64,000 nucleotides of DNA from an uncultured virus (IMG/VR IMGVR_UViG_3300034407_002805) (taxonomy: Duplodnaviria > Heunggongvirae > Uroviricota > Caudoviricetes). The translations under genes were made by a program, and so were the position numbers. The notes beneath the pieces were generated by a model, which saw only the letters and a list, made by a program, of their open reading frames with translations, searched no databases and was not told the DNA's origin. Position 1 is the first letter of the stretch. Each line of letters starts with the position of its first letter. The DNA lies in IMG/VR virus record IMGVR_UViG_3300034407_002805; one strand, written 5' to 3'. Positions 9,056-18,602 of the stretch are shown here, piece by piece.

Positions 9056-9642
9056 ATTGCTTTCCTTGAATCTGCATATATAGTGCCTTTGTTTGCTTTC
9101 TCAAACTGCGCCGTAGGTAAGAACGTAGCGATCTCCCATTCAGGTGCTTGTACTCTTGCAAGTCTAGATTTTACATGTTTAGTAAGATAATGTTTATAGC
9201 AAGGTTTAAAATATCTCATCTTACTCGAAGATTGCAGCAGTTTTAATGTAACACCGAATCTTGTTGACTCATCGTATTTGTTATTATTAGTAATTTCAAG
9301 TAGAGCGTCTAAAAATTTTGCTCTTAATACATTAGGCAGATAGTGTAAGTTCAACCCGTAGAAACCACCTGGTGCAGGTTTAACTATAATGGCTAAAGGA
9401 AACCTATCGTAATATGGCAACGTTTCTTTGTATTTAGGATCATAGAAAAACATATTCATAGAACCTATTAAAGGGTTTTGCCTGTTAACGAGTTTTACCT
9501 GTTCATCTTGTAAAAGATCTTGCCTATTAACTCTACGCATAGACTGCGCTTTTTTACGAAACCAATCCTGTGCTTCTTTAGTGCGTGGGTTAATACCAGC
9601 ACGAAAAGCTTCAATCTCTAATTTTTGAAATAGATTAGACAT
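9052..9642 (-). CDS. g2: DNA end protector gp2
   Basis: FFYDPKYKETLPYYDRFPL, GLNLHYLP and CYKHYL. Confidence 0.9.
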   Translation of the reverse strand: MSNLFQKLEIEAFRAGINPRTKEAQDWFRKKAQSMRRVNRQDLLQDEQVKLVNRQNPLIGSMNMFFYDPKYKETLPYYDRFPLAIIVKPAPGGFYGLNLHYLPNVLRAKFLDALLEITNNNKYDESTRFGVTLKLLQSSSKMRYFKPCYKHYLTKHVKSRLARVQAPEWEIATFLPTAQFEKANKGTIYADSRKAI

Positions 9643-9647
9643 ACAAG

Positions 9648-9655
9648 TATTTATA
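9648..9655 (-). promoter_or_regulatory. late promoter TATAAATA for g2
   Basis: Exact T4 late consensus 5 nt upstream of ATG 9642. Confidence 0.75.
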
Positions 9656-10150
9656 TCATTTTTTACGCTTTTTGCGGAAAGGCTTCAATGGTGCCAAAGG
9701 TTTTAACTTACCTTTTTGTTCTTTCATGATTCCCATACTTTTTAACGTATTCTCTGTCCATATCTGAAAGTCCCACCCTCTGTCTTTAGCATACTTAGTT
9801 GCAGCTTCCCATTTATTCATATTCTTAACGTATGTTAATGCTTCGCCTATGTATCGTTTAGATTTGTCTGGTTTCTTGGGTGGTGTTGTTTCTTTGTCAG
9901 GTTTTATTTCTACTAAGATTGTTTTGCCGTCGTTGAATGTAATTTTTAAATCAACGAAATATCTGTGCATCTTCTTATCTATTTCCCAAAGATAGGGCAC
10001 TACAGTTTCTTCTGAACTCCAGTGTTTTACATTTGGATTATTATCGCACCACATAAAACAAAGCTTTTCCCAGTGTGATCGATATATCACTTTACTAGGA
10101 TCACCTCTGTACTTACTTACGTTTGGTTTATACTTTCCAGAATACGGCAT
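9656..10150 (-). CDS. g4: head completion protein gp4 (TnsA-like endonuclease fold)
   Basis: KYRGDP..VIYRSHWE, WSSEE, HRYFVD, LVEIKP and NKWEAA. Confidence 0.9.
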   Translation of the reverse strand: MPYSGKYKPNVSKYRGDPSKVIYRSHWEKLCFMWCDNNPNVKHWSSEETVVPYLWEIDKKMHRYFVDLKITFNDGKTILVEIKPDKETTPPKKPDKSKRYIGEALTYVKNMNKWEAATKYAKDRGWDFQIWTENTLKSMGIMKEQKGKLKPLAPLKPFRKKRKK

Positions 10151-10157
10151 TTTTCGT

Positions 10158-10187
10158 TATAAATAGTTTCAGATATTTTTATTTATA
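10158..10187. promoter_or_regulatory. face-to-face late promoters for the divergent g48 and g4 operons
   Basis: TATAAATA on + at 10158-10165 and on - at 10180-10187. Confidence 0.75.
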
Positions 10188-10196
10188 GGAGTCAAC

Positions 10197-11465
10197 ATGC
10201 CTGAACGTAGTATGACAGCATTGGCCTCAAGAAATTTTTCTACAACACCCGAAGGTCAAGACGTAGCGCAACCTAATTTATCAGGCGATTTAAAGCTCGC
10301 AAGCAAATTTGCACAGGCTGCTCCAAAAAATAGAATTACTTCTGGTGCCGGGTTAATGGGCGGCAAAAGTGAAATATTAACATATCCTTTAAATGATGTA
10401 ACTAACATACCAGCTCGTATGAGATTCACTGTACATCAAATTAAATCATATGAAGTAGATCCAAAAGCTATAATGGATAAACTTGACATACCTTTGTTGG
10501 GTTTTGGCGGTGATGAAATAAAAGAAAGTACAGCTGAAGCAGCAGCAAGAGAATTTGCCGGTGGTGATGTGGCAGGCGGTGAGTTTGCAACAGGACCAAC
10601 AACTAATAAAAATGATAAAGACACTAAAGTAGTTGGCGGACAAGGCGGTGCAAGAGGAAATATGCAAGCTACTTTAGAAGCGCAAAAAAGAAGGAAAGAA
10701 TCACAGTTTATAGAGGATGATGCTGCTGGCTCAACGGCACAAAGAGCTACAAATCTAAGAACAAGAAGAGTCAAAGGTGCACCTATTATATTTTTACATT
10801 TTCCACCAGGTTTAGTATATCAGGATGGTGTTAACTATAATCCTGTTGATCTTGGTCCTGCGGGCCAAGCTGCTTTAGGTGCGGCAAATGCTGGTGGTTC
10901 ATTACTCAGTGCTGTTGGTAAGTCAGTAACTGAAGGCATAGAAAGCATTTTTGGTTTAGTTGCTGGTACGCTGACTGCTGAGGCTGCACAGGTTGCTGCA
11001 GCTCGTGCAACACAGTTCGTACCTCGTGAAGGTGTGCGGGCCGCGTTGCAAACAGCAACTCAAACTGGTATCAATCCCGGATCAAGAGTTATATTCGATA
11101 AGCCTAATTTACGTAACTTTACATTTCAGTTCAAATTGATTGCTACATCTGCTGCTGAAGCGGTGGCCATAGAGCAAATTCTAAAATCATTTAGAAGAGA
11201 ACTATATCCAGAAACAATCGATATTGGTGGTGGTCTTCCTATAGGTTACAAATTCCCTAATGTATTTAAGATTGAGTTTAATTTTAAAGGTGGTCAACTC
11301 AAAGTTCCTAAAATATTATTTTCACACTTACGTGATATGACAACTACTATAAATGGTCAGGCAGGTGTATTTCATTTTGATGGTCAACCCACTGAAGTTG
11401 ATTTAACTTTGATATTCCAAGAATACAGAGCACTAAGCAGGCAAGACGTTGAGGCAGGATTCTAA
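10197..11465 (+). CDS. g48: baseplate tail-tube cap gp48
   Basis: NP....IFDKPNLRNFTFQFKL, FRRELYP, PNVFKI and DLTLIFQE. Confidence 0.8.
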   Translation: MPERSMTALASRNFSTTPEGQDVAQPNLSGDLKLASKFAQAAPKNRITSGAGLMGGKSEILTYPLNDVTNIPARMRFTVHQIKSYEVDPKAIMDKLDIPLLGFGGDEIKESTAEAAAREFAGGDVAGGEFATGPTTNKNDKDTKVVGGQGGARGNMQATLEAQKRRKESQFIEDDAAGSTAQRATNLRTRRVKGAPIIFLHFPPGLVYQDGVNYNPVDLGPAGQAALGAANAGGSLLSAVGKSVTEGIESIFGLVAGTLTAEAAQVAAARATQFVPREGVRAALQTATQTGINPGSRVIFDKPNLRNFTFQFKLIATSAAEAVAIEQILKSFRRELYPETIDIGGGLPIGYKFPNVFKIEFNFKGGQLKVPKILFSHLRDMTTTINGQAGVFHFDGQPTEVDLTLIFQEYRALSRQDVEAGF

Positions 11466-12220
11466 TGCAGTACTTTAAAAATTTTCCAAGAGTGCCTTAT
11501 ATATTTGGCAATCTAAAAGAAGTAGGTGATGCTAGAGTTACAACTGAAATATATCAAAATATATCTACGACAGCTGATATATTTGAGAATATAAAAAACA
11601 ACTCATCGTTTTATTCACTTTATAACGTACAAGATGGTGACAGACCGGACCAAACTTCTACATACATATATGATACGCCAGTATATCACTGGACTTTTGC
11701 TTTAATGAATGACAAGATAAAAGAAAAGGGATGGCCACTTTCAAATGAAGAATTAGAAAAAAAAGTGAAAGTAGATTTTCCACATACTTTTATTAATACG
11801 AGAAATTCTTTAACAGGCATTATGCTACCTGGTGAAACGGTCGAGGGTTCACAATCTGGTGCACGTGGTATCGTATTGCGTAGACATTTAGATCTTGGTA
11901 ATATCATCATAGATAAAAAAACAGATACAAATTTTATAGCAGGAGAAGTTTTACGTAACGTAACACAAATCGCAGGTGTAACAGGTGAGATTATTATTAA
12001 CTCAACCGGTGATGAGCATTTGGCTTCACACCATTTTACAGACGGCGATGGAAATAGAGTTGACATTGACCCACTATCAGCACCCGGTGCTCAACTAACT
12101 GAGGTTACTAATTTAGATCGATATTCTAAAGACAATGAAGATTTAAGATTAATTCGAGTAATAAAGCGTGAAAACGTCGAAGAAATTTCTTCTATATTTA
12201 AGCAAGCAATTGAAGCGTAA
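11465..12220 (+). CDS. g53: baseplate wedge gp53
   Basis: YFKNFP, DGDRPD (LysM-like), YHWTFALMN, WPLS and NEDLRLIRVI. Confidence 0.85.
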   Translation: MQYFKNFPRVPYIFGNLKEVGDARVTTEIYQNISTTADIFENIKNNSSFYSLYNVQDGDRPDQTSTYIYDTPVYHWTFALMNDKIKEKGWPLSNEELEKKVKVDFPHTFINTRNSLTGIMLPGETVEGSQSGARGIVLRRHLDLGNIIIDKKTDTNFIAGEVLRNVTQIAGVTGEIIINSTGDEHLASHHFTDGDGNRVDIDPLSAPGAQLTEVTNLDRYSKDNEDLRLIRVIKRENVEEISSIFKQAIEA

Positions 12221-13560
12221 TGACACAGGAAAGAGTAACCCGCGGAACCGAAATACAATCGGTGATAATAAATTCTAGTAGATTTGTCAATCCCGCAGGT
12301 ATAAACATCTATGGTTTAGTCACGGATATAGAAATATTCGAACACTTAGACTTACCTTATATCACTGGACAAATTGCATTCGTAGATACAGAAAGACTGT
12401 ATGATAGAATCATGTTTGATGGTGGTGAAACAATAACTATAAGAATAAAACAATCAGGCTCTGATAAGCTAATAGAAAAAGTATTTTATATCGATTCTGT
12501 AATAGGCACATCAAAAATAAATGAAACGTCTGAACTTATAACATTACATTTTATGGAAGATATAGCTTTTATATCTAGATTTTTAAATGTAAACAGAAGT
12601 TATAGTGGATCTCCACAAGATATTATAAAAAAAATTAGTGAAGAATATTTAAACAAAGAAATATATTTTGCTAATGATGATGTTTATGAAAACAAAATGA
12701 AAATTATTGTGCCTAATATGGAGCCTCTATCTGCTATATCTTGGATTAAGAATAGAATGACAACTAGTGAAGGTATGCCATATTATCTTTTTTCTAGTTT
12801 TGTTGGAGAAAAATTAAATATTGCAGATTTAAAGAGCATGATAAATGCTCCTGCGATTAATTCTAAATCACCTTTTGTACACGGGGTTAATAATCTCTAT
12901 AATGAAAATGAAGAAGGACAATTTAGATACTATCCAATAATGAATTATAGACATGTTGACAATGACAATTTATATAAATTAGTAGGTGAAGGTTTAATTG
13001 GAGCATCTTACAATTACTATGATTCACACGCAGGTAAATTTTCAAAGCAAAGTTTCGATATAAGTAAGCCGCTGAGCGAATTGAACGAAGATAAAAACAA
13101 AAGAATAAATTTACCAATTGATTTGGTTCTGAATGATGAGATTGGTAATATATCTTCTAACATGTCAAGAAAAATTTATCAGTTATCACAATCAGGTGTA
13201 TATGATGATGGGACTAATAGATTTAAAAGTTATGATCAAGAAGTTGAACGTAATGGTCATTTGCAAAAAGTAAACAATAGATCTCTAAAACATCTACTGT
13301 TAAAAGAAAGCATTGAGATTCGAATCTCGGGCTCAGGCTTTTTACAAGGATCTTTTCATAGAACAACGGGTAACGTCATAAGAATAGGATTTAAATCGAA
13401 CAGACCTAGCGATCAAGATATAAGGTTCGATTTAAAAAAATCTGGTGACTATTTAATATACGGGTGTAAACACTCAATTCGTTCAGAAAAATACGATTTG
13501 CATTTACAATGTACAAAGCTAACTTCGTATAAAGATGATCAGTTTTTAAGGAGTCAATAA
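12220..13560 (+). CDS. baseplate hub protein (gp27-like)
   Basis: Lies between g53 and g5; IFEHLDLPYITG..; SGDYLI..CKH C-terminus. Confidence 0.6.
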   Translation: MTQERVTRGTEIQSVIINSSRFVNPAGINIYGLVTDIEIFEHLDLPYITGQIAFVDTERLYDRIMFDGGETITIRIKQSGSDKLIEKVFYIDSVIGTSKINETSELITLHFMEDIAFISRFLNVNRSYSGSPQDIIKKISEEYLNKEIYFANDDVYENKMKIIVPNMEPLSAISWIKNRMTTSEGMPYYLFSSFVGEKLNIADLKSMINAPAINSKSPFVHGVNNLYNENEEGQFRYYPIMNYRHVDNDNLYKLVGEGLIGASYNYYDSHAGKFSKQSFDISKPLSELNEDKNKRINLPIDLVLNDEIGNISSNMSRKIYQLSQSGVYDDGTNRFKSYDQEVERNGHLQKVNNRSLKHLLLKESIEIRISGSGFLQGSFHRTTGNVIRIGFKSNRPSDQDIRFDLKKSGDYLIYGCKHSIRSEKYDLHLQCTKLTSYKDDQFLRSQ

Positions 13561-14465
13561 TGATTCCAAATACACACAAAGATTACTATGGCGATGAAAC
13601 TAGATGGTTTGTTGGAACTGTAAAAAGTTTGAATGATCCATTAGAACTCGGTAGAGTCAAAGTTAGAATATTTGGTGTACACAATGAAAATACTAATGAT
13701 GTTCCCGATGGTGATTTGCCTTGGGCACAAGTTGTAATTCCAGTAACTGAAGGCGGGTCTTCAGGTATTGGTACAAACATAGGTATAAAACCACAAGCAC
13801 AAGTTTGGGGAATATTTTTAGACGGGAAAAATTCACAACTACCATTAGTACTAGGGTCAATTCCAAAGTATGAAAGACCGATTAATAGTAGTTACTTGGT
13901 AGACTACGCTAGCATACCCGATGAACTACAACATAATAATGGTTTAGATAATGTAGATCTTTCGATACCTAAATCAGCTAAAGAAACTGATGAAGAATTT
14001 TTAAGTGGATCGAGTAATTTAGAAAGAGCATTTAACTTCTTCTTAACTCAAGAAGGTGGAGGTTTTACTGTAGAACAAGCTTGTGGAATACTTGGTAACT
14101 TTTACATAGAATCAGGTGCACAGATAACAGGTGATTTAGACACCGTTGCTGCATCAGCACCACCCGAAAGATCGTTTGGTATTGCACAATGGAACTCAGC
14201 ACCTAGTGTTGCAAGGTATCAAAACTTGGTGCAATTCGCCAGCGAGAGAAATTTGAGGTGGCAAAGTTTATATGCACAATTACTTTTTACTATCAAAGAG
14301 TTGAACGATCATAAAGAGTATTATCGATACAATGAATTAAAGAGAGCTAAAACACCAGAGGAAGCTTGTCTTATATTCGAATCTAGATTCGAAAATCCAA
14401 AAATTAAAAAGCAACAAAAAAGAATTGATGCGGCAAATGAAATTTTCAGAAAGATGACAAGATAA
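13560..14465 (+). CDS. g5: gp5 N-terminal OB-fold fused to a phage tail lysozyme domain
   Basis: WFVGTV...DPLELGRVKVRIFGVH, LPWA, GIFLDG; then ACGILGNFYIESG...GIAQWN lysozyme motifs. Confidence 0.85.
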   Translation: MIPNTHKDYYGDETRWFVGTVKSLNDPLELGRVKVRIFGVHNENTNDVPDGDLPWAQVVIPVTEGGSSGIGTNIGIKPQAQVWGIFLDGKNSQLPLVLGSIPKYERPINSSYLVDYASIPDELQHNNGLDNVDLSIPKSAKETDEEFLSGSSNLERAFNFFLTQEGGGFTVEQACGILGNFYIESGAQITGDLDTVAASAPPERSFGIAQWNSAPSVARYQNLVQFASERNLRWQSLYAQLLFTIKELNDHKEYYRYNELKRAKTPEEACLIFESRFENPKIKKQQKRIDAANEIFRKMTR

Positions 14466-16171
14466 TGGCTGATGCAATTACAAGACCAGGTTTGCAAAAT
14501 ACCATACGTCAGGTTCAAGAAGCTTCAGGTTCTTTGGATGCTGAAGAAAAAGCACGTCAGAAAAAGGCAATAAAACTATTTAGTGATTTTACTTCTGGTT
14601 CATCAGACGTAGGAACTTTGATAGGCGGTTTTCAAACTCTAGCACAAGAAGCTAAAGCCGCAGAAGCGAAAAAGAAAGGTAAGCCAAACCCTATACCTGC
14701 AAAAGCTACTAGCACTCTAGGTTCAACCTCAAACGTTCAAACTATTACAGGTACTGATAAAACTAATATAGAAACACTTACAGGTAAAACAATAAAACAA
14801 GATACTGTAACTCACCCAGCAATTACAGGTTCAAATCCAAAAGCAATCCGTGCTACGTTGCAAGACGCTTATGCTTTGAACAGAGCCGATATAGACGCTA
14901 ACTTAAAACTTGCATCAGAAAAAGCTGCATCTGATCCTAACTTCCAAGAGATTACGAGAAAGTTCGGCTTTGAACCAGATGCTGTAGCTAGCTTAGTAGA
15001 AGATATACAAAAACAATCTGATAAATTCTTAGACCCATCTAATGATCCTGTAGATGAGATAGTTATCGATCAGAAGTTAACTTCTAGCATACAAATGGAT
15101 CAGTTAGATAATCCTATTGGTTCTTTTAAAATGAAAATACCAGTTGAAGATTTTCCAGTTGATACGCCAACTGCTCCAAGTGCTGGTATTATAACAAAGA
15201 AAATAAATGAAACTAAAGGATTAAACTTACAAGATATCGTTGAACGTAATCCCTTTGGTAATATGGGAGTTGACTTTGCAAATGTTTTAGGCAACATTGG
15301 TAGTAAATCACTGGGTGGTCAAACATCCAAAGAAGTTAACCAAGTGATTCCTGAACTGGGACAAGTACCAGACACAGAAATTCCTACAAATATTATAAAT
15401 GAAAAAGGATTTACAGATTTATTTAACTCATTACAAAGTGGTTCTTTGAATATAAGTGCTGAACCTACAACTCCAATTGAAAAAATAGGTGTTACATCAG
15501 GTCAGATAGGTGATTTCATCTATACTCGTGTAACTAGTGCTCAAGAACTTGAGCTTGAATTAAATACAATTCAAAGAAAAATTACTAATGTCAATATAGG
15601 TTGGACAGGAACTGCAGCAGATGCTAGGTACAGAAGTGCAAAAGACTATAATGACAATATAATAAGAGGTAAACAAATACAATTTCAATTTCTTAATATA
15701 GGAATTGACAATATACCAGAAAGAGACCGCGCTGCATGGATGCATTACTTTGTTAATAAAAATGGCACGATTGAAAGAGTTATACCTCTAGAAACATTTC
15801 CAAACACCAAAAGCTTTGCTTCAACTAAAGATGCTAATGAAAGATTATTGAGTGCATTTGGAGATTTAAACTTTACTCCAGCAGAAGTTGACTTAGAATT
15901 TGCTGAGCAACAGTTAAAAGATGGAATTAGTATTATAATAGATGCAGGTCATGCAGTTTCTACTGAGGAAAAAACTCAACAAACCTATAGCAAAAAGTCT
16001 ATAACAGATGAAGCATGGAAGAGTTTAGATAAACTATTAAGCACAATCGTTAAAGTATTTCCGTATGTTGAAGGTTTCTCACATGATGATTTGCTTACTG
16101 ATATAGCAATGGGACCAGGTTTTGATGTTACTGATTATTTAAAGAGATACAGCGAGGATGAAGACGGATGA
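14465..16171 (+). CDS. baseplate-associated protein with degenerate amidase_2/PGRP-like C-terminal domain
   Basis: HYFVNKNGTIE, SLDKLL, SHDD and GPGFDV pattern. Confidence 0.55.
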   Translation: MADAITRPGLQNTIRQVQEASGSLDAEEKARQKKAIKLFSDFTSGSSDVGTLIGGFQTLAQEAKAAEAKKKGKPNPIPAKATSTLGSTSNVQTITGTDKTNIETLTGKTIKQDTVTHPAITGSNPKAIRATLQDAYALNRADIDANLKLASEKAASDPNFQEITRKFGFEPDAVASLVEDIQKQSDKFLDPSNDPVDEIVIDQKLTSSIQMDQLDNPIGSFKMKIPVEDFPVDTPTAPSAGIITKKINETKGLNLQDIVERNPFGNMGVDFANVLGNIGSKSLGGQTSKEVNQVIPELGQVPDTEIPTNIINEKGFTDLFNSLQSGSLNISAEPTTPIEKIGVTSGQIGDFIYTRVTSAQELELELNTIQRKITNVNIGWTGTAADARYRSAKDYNDNIIRGKQIQFQFLNIGIDNIPERDRAAWMHYFVNKNGTIERVIPLETFPNTKSFASTKDANERLLSAFGDLNFTPAEVDLEFAEQQLKDGISIIIDAGHAVSTEEKTQQTYSKKSITDEAWKSLDKLLSTIVKVFPYVEGFSHDDLLTDIAMGPGFDVTDYLKRYSEDEDG

Positions 16172-18153
16172 GTATTAGCGATAAACAACTCAAGGCAATG
16201 CAAATCCCTGAGAAGGTTGAGAGAAATCCAGATGGATTTGTCGACAATACGGATACATATCCTTTTAGACAATACGCCGGTAGACAAACTACAAATCTTG
16301 AAGCGCGCGGTATAGAAGAAAACACACTGCCGTACGGTGGTGGTACTATAGGCACTAACCTCGAATTCAAAGATTTTGCATCTTCAGAATATCCATACAA
16401 CCAAGTGCGTAAAACAGTGTCCGGACACGTGCAAGAGTTCGATGATACACCGGGCCGTGAACGTATACTTATTAAACACCGTAAAGGTTCAGGTGTAGAG
16501 ATACAACCTGACGGTACGATACTTGTTTATAGTACAAAGAACACAGTACGTATTGGCGCAGGTGATGAAAAGATTATTATTGAAGGTGATGGCGATATAA
16601 CATATCACGGTAATGTAAAGATGAGAGTTGATGGTGATTATGACTTAAGTGTAGGTGGTAGCTTTAACGTTGATGTGTTTGGTGATCATGAAGAAGATAT
16701 AAAAGGTGGTTACAGACAGGACATCGGTAAGAACGTGCAATCCTTAGTAGGTGGAAACTTATATCAGCAGATTATAAAAAACGAAACGAGACTTACACAC
16801 GGTGATAATAATCAGTTTATAAAGGGTGTAACATCTCATATGTATGGTGACTCTGCAGAGTTTTTATCTAAAGGAACTATGAGACAAACATCACAAGTAG
16901 AGACTGTTATCACTGCACCTAATATGAATATTGCAGCGAGTGACATGACTGTGATTGGTGAGATTGGAACTATGGGTGGTGACGGCATGGTAATATATGC
17001 AAATACTACACACAGTGACAGAGTTAACTCTACGTCGATGCATGCTACGACATTCCATGGTGACTTAAATGGCGTAGCTGATAAAGCAGATGAAGCAAAC
17101 AGAGCTGGAACAGCTGTTCCTGGAGCGGGCGGAACAGGTGGTACACCTACAGTAGAGACAGCAACTAATAAAGTAACCGTAGAACCTACATCACAAGTGA
17201 TGACTACATATTTGAATAAAACTGAATTCGCTGTCAGGACTGTAACAATCGATCAAGGTGATATACTATACAATCAAGTAAACAGGAATGCAGACTACGA
17301 GGGTGTGTCAGATAGAACACTTAGTACTACAGAAGCGAGATCTAAACTAAGAGATCCTTTGAATCAAAAGAAAACAAAGTTTATTGGTACACTTATAGCT
17401 GAGGACACAATATCGGCAACATTTGCAAATAGTGTTCCACCATCAGTAGATAGAGTTATTTCTAATGAGGCAACACCTAGGCGTGTTAGATCTAGGAGTG
17501 TATTAGGTAAAAGTGTAGGCGCAGAAGCAAAGAGGTTTCAAGGAAGTGTTATCAATGCTGAGATAGAACACGTACCTCACCCAAAGTACAAGCCTGAAAA
17601 TCAGGATAATATCACATCAAGAACAGAATTGGAACATGGCATTACGATTGCCAAGTTCTTAGGTGGATATGGTGATTCAATAACATTCGATCACGTTACA
17701 AAACTAGAGGATCGTGTTAAAATAGCTCGTAACCTGTACATGCACGGGCAGGTTTTAAAATCAATTATGATTGATGATGATGAGTATGATGAGTATAGGT
17801 TAGTTGTTGCAGAAGGTATATACAGAGCCGGGCCAAATGAAACAATGACTGAGGGTGGAATAAATGATTTGAAATCTAAAGGAAGGTGCGTTGTTTATGA
17901 ATTAAGAAATAGAAAAGGTGAAATAGACAATAAGAAAACTTTTGATCTTGCAGCGTGGTGGAAAGATTCGCTTCAATTTGAAAAAATGATATTAAGTTAT
18001 GATACGTTTAATGTAGGAGGAAGTCTTACTGCTCAAATAATATTGATAATGCCAGAGATGCCTTCAACATATATTACAAGATCAACTAACGAAATAGAAA
18101 CTCGCTTCAACAACTATACACAAAGTACAAATGAACTAGTAGAAGTGGTATAA
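16168..18153 (+). CDS. gp5 C-terminal part (beta-helix spike) with extra C-terminal domain
   Basis: SEYPYNQV..T.SGHVQEFDDTPGRERI...H..G; V.G repeats. Confidence 0.85.
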   Translation: MSISDKQLKAMQIPEKVERNPDGFVDNTDTYPFRQYAGRQTTNLEARGIEENTLPYGGGTIGTNLEFKDFASSEYPYNQVRKTVSGHVQEFDDTPGRERILIKHRKGSGVEIQPDGTILVYSTKNTVRIGAGDEKIIIEGDGDITYHGNVKMRVDGDYDLSVGGSFNVDVFGDHEEDIKGGYRQDIGKNVQSLVGGNLYQQIIKNETRLTHGDNNQFIKGVTSHMYGDSAEFLSKGTMRQTSQVETVITAPNMNIAASDMTVIGEIGTMGGDGMVIYANTTHSDRVNSTSMHATTFHGDLNGVADKADEANRAGTAVPGAGGTGGTPTVETATNKVTVEPTSQVMTTYLNKTEFAVRTVTIDQGDILYNQVNRNADYEGVSDRTLSTTEARSKLRDPLNQKKTKFIGTLIAEDTISATFANSVPPSVDRVISNEATPRRVRSRSVLGKSVGAEAKRFQGSVINAEIEHVPHPKYKPENQDNITSRTELEHGITIAKFLGGYGDSITFDHVTKLEDRVKIARNLYMHGQVLKSIMIDDDEYDEYRLVVAEGIYRAGPNETMTEGGINDLKSKGRCVVYELRNRKGEIDNKKTFDLAAWWKDSLQFEKMILSYDTFNVGGSLTAQIILIMPEMPSTYITRSTNEIETRFNNYTQSTNELVEVV

Positions 18154-18156
18154 ATA
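18149..18156 (+). promoter_or_regulatory. late promoter TATAAATA for g25
   Basis: Exact consensus 5 nt before ATG 18162. Confidence 0.75.
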
Positions 18157-18161
18157 GAAAC

Positions 18162-18602
18162 ATGGCAAAAGCATTTTCTTTAGAAGACGGTAATCAGTTC
18201 GGTACTTCAGTCGTCGGGGCTCGAAGTGTTGATTACTCTGACATTGATTTAGTTTTTGCAGCTAAGCCTGCAGGAGATGTTTTTAAGAAAACAGCTATAT
18301 CTGCAGTAAAACAATCTGTAAAAAATCTTTTAATGACTAACAGATTTGAAAAACCTTTTGATACCACTTTTGGTGGTAATTTAAATGATTTCTTATTTGA
18401 ATTAGAAACAGGCGATGAAGCAGAACTTATAGCAGATAATGTAATTGAAGCTGTTGAGTTACATGAACCAAGGGCACAAGTTATCAATGTAGACGTAAAC
18501 TTACGACCTGATACAAACAATGTAAGAATAACAGTAGTGTTCGAAGTACTAAGTGTCGGTGAAACTGTTACACTAGACTTAAATTTAACGAGGCTCAGAT
18601 AA
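18162..18602 (+). CDS. g25: baseplate wedge gp25
   Basis: YSDIDL, AVKQSVKNLLMT..FEKPF...FG, HEPRA and ending RLR. Confidence 0.92.
   Translation: MAKAFSLEDGNQFGTSVVGARSVDYSDIDLVFAAKPAGDVFKKTAISAVKQSVKNLLMTNRFEKPFDTTFGGNLNDFLFELETGDEAELIADNVIEAVELHEPRAQVINVDVNLRPDTNNVRITVVFEVLSVGETVTLDLNLTRLR

Noticed and set aside
9656..10150. TnsA-like nuclease as a transposon or homing element
   Set aside because: Sequence and position next to g2 fit the core head-completion gene g4
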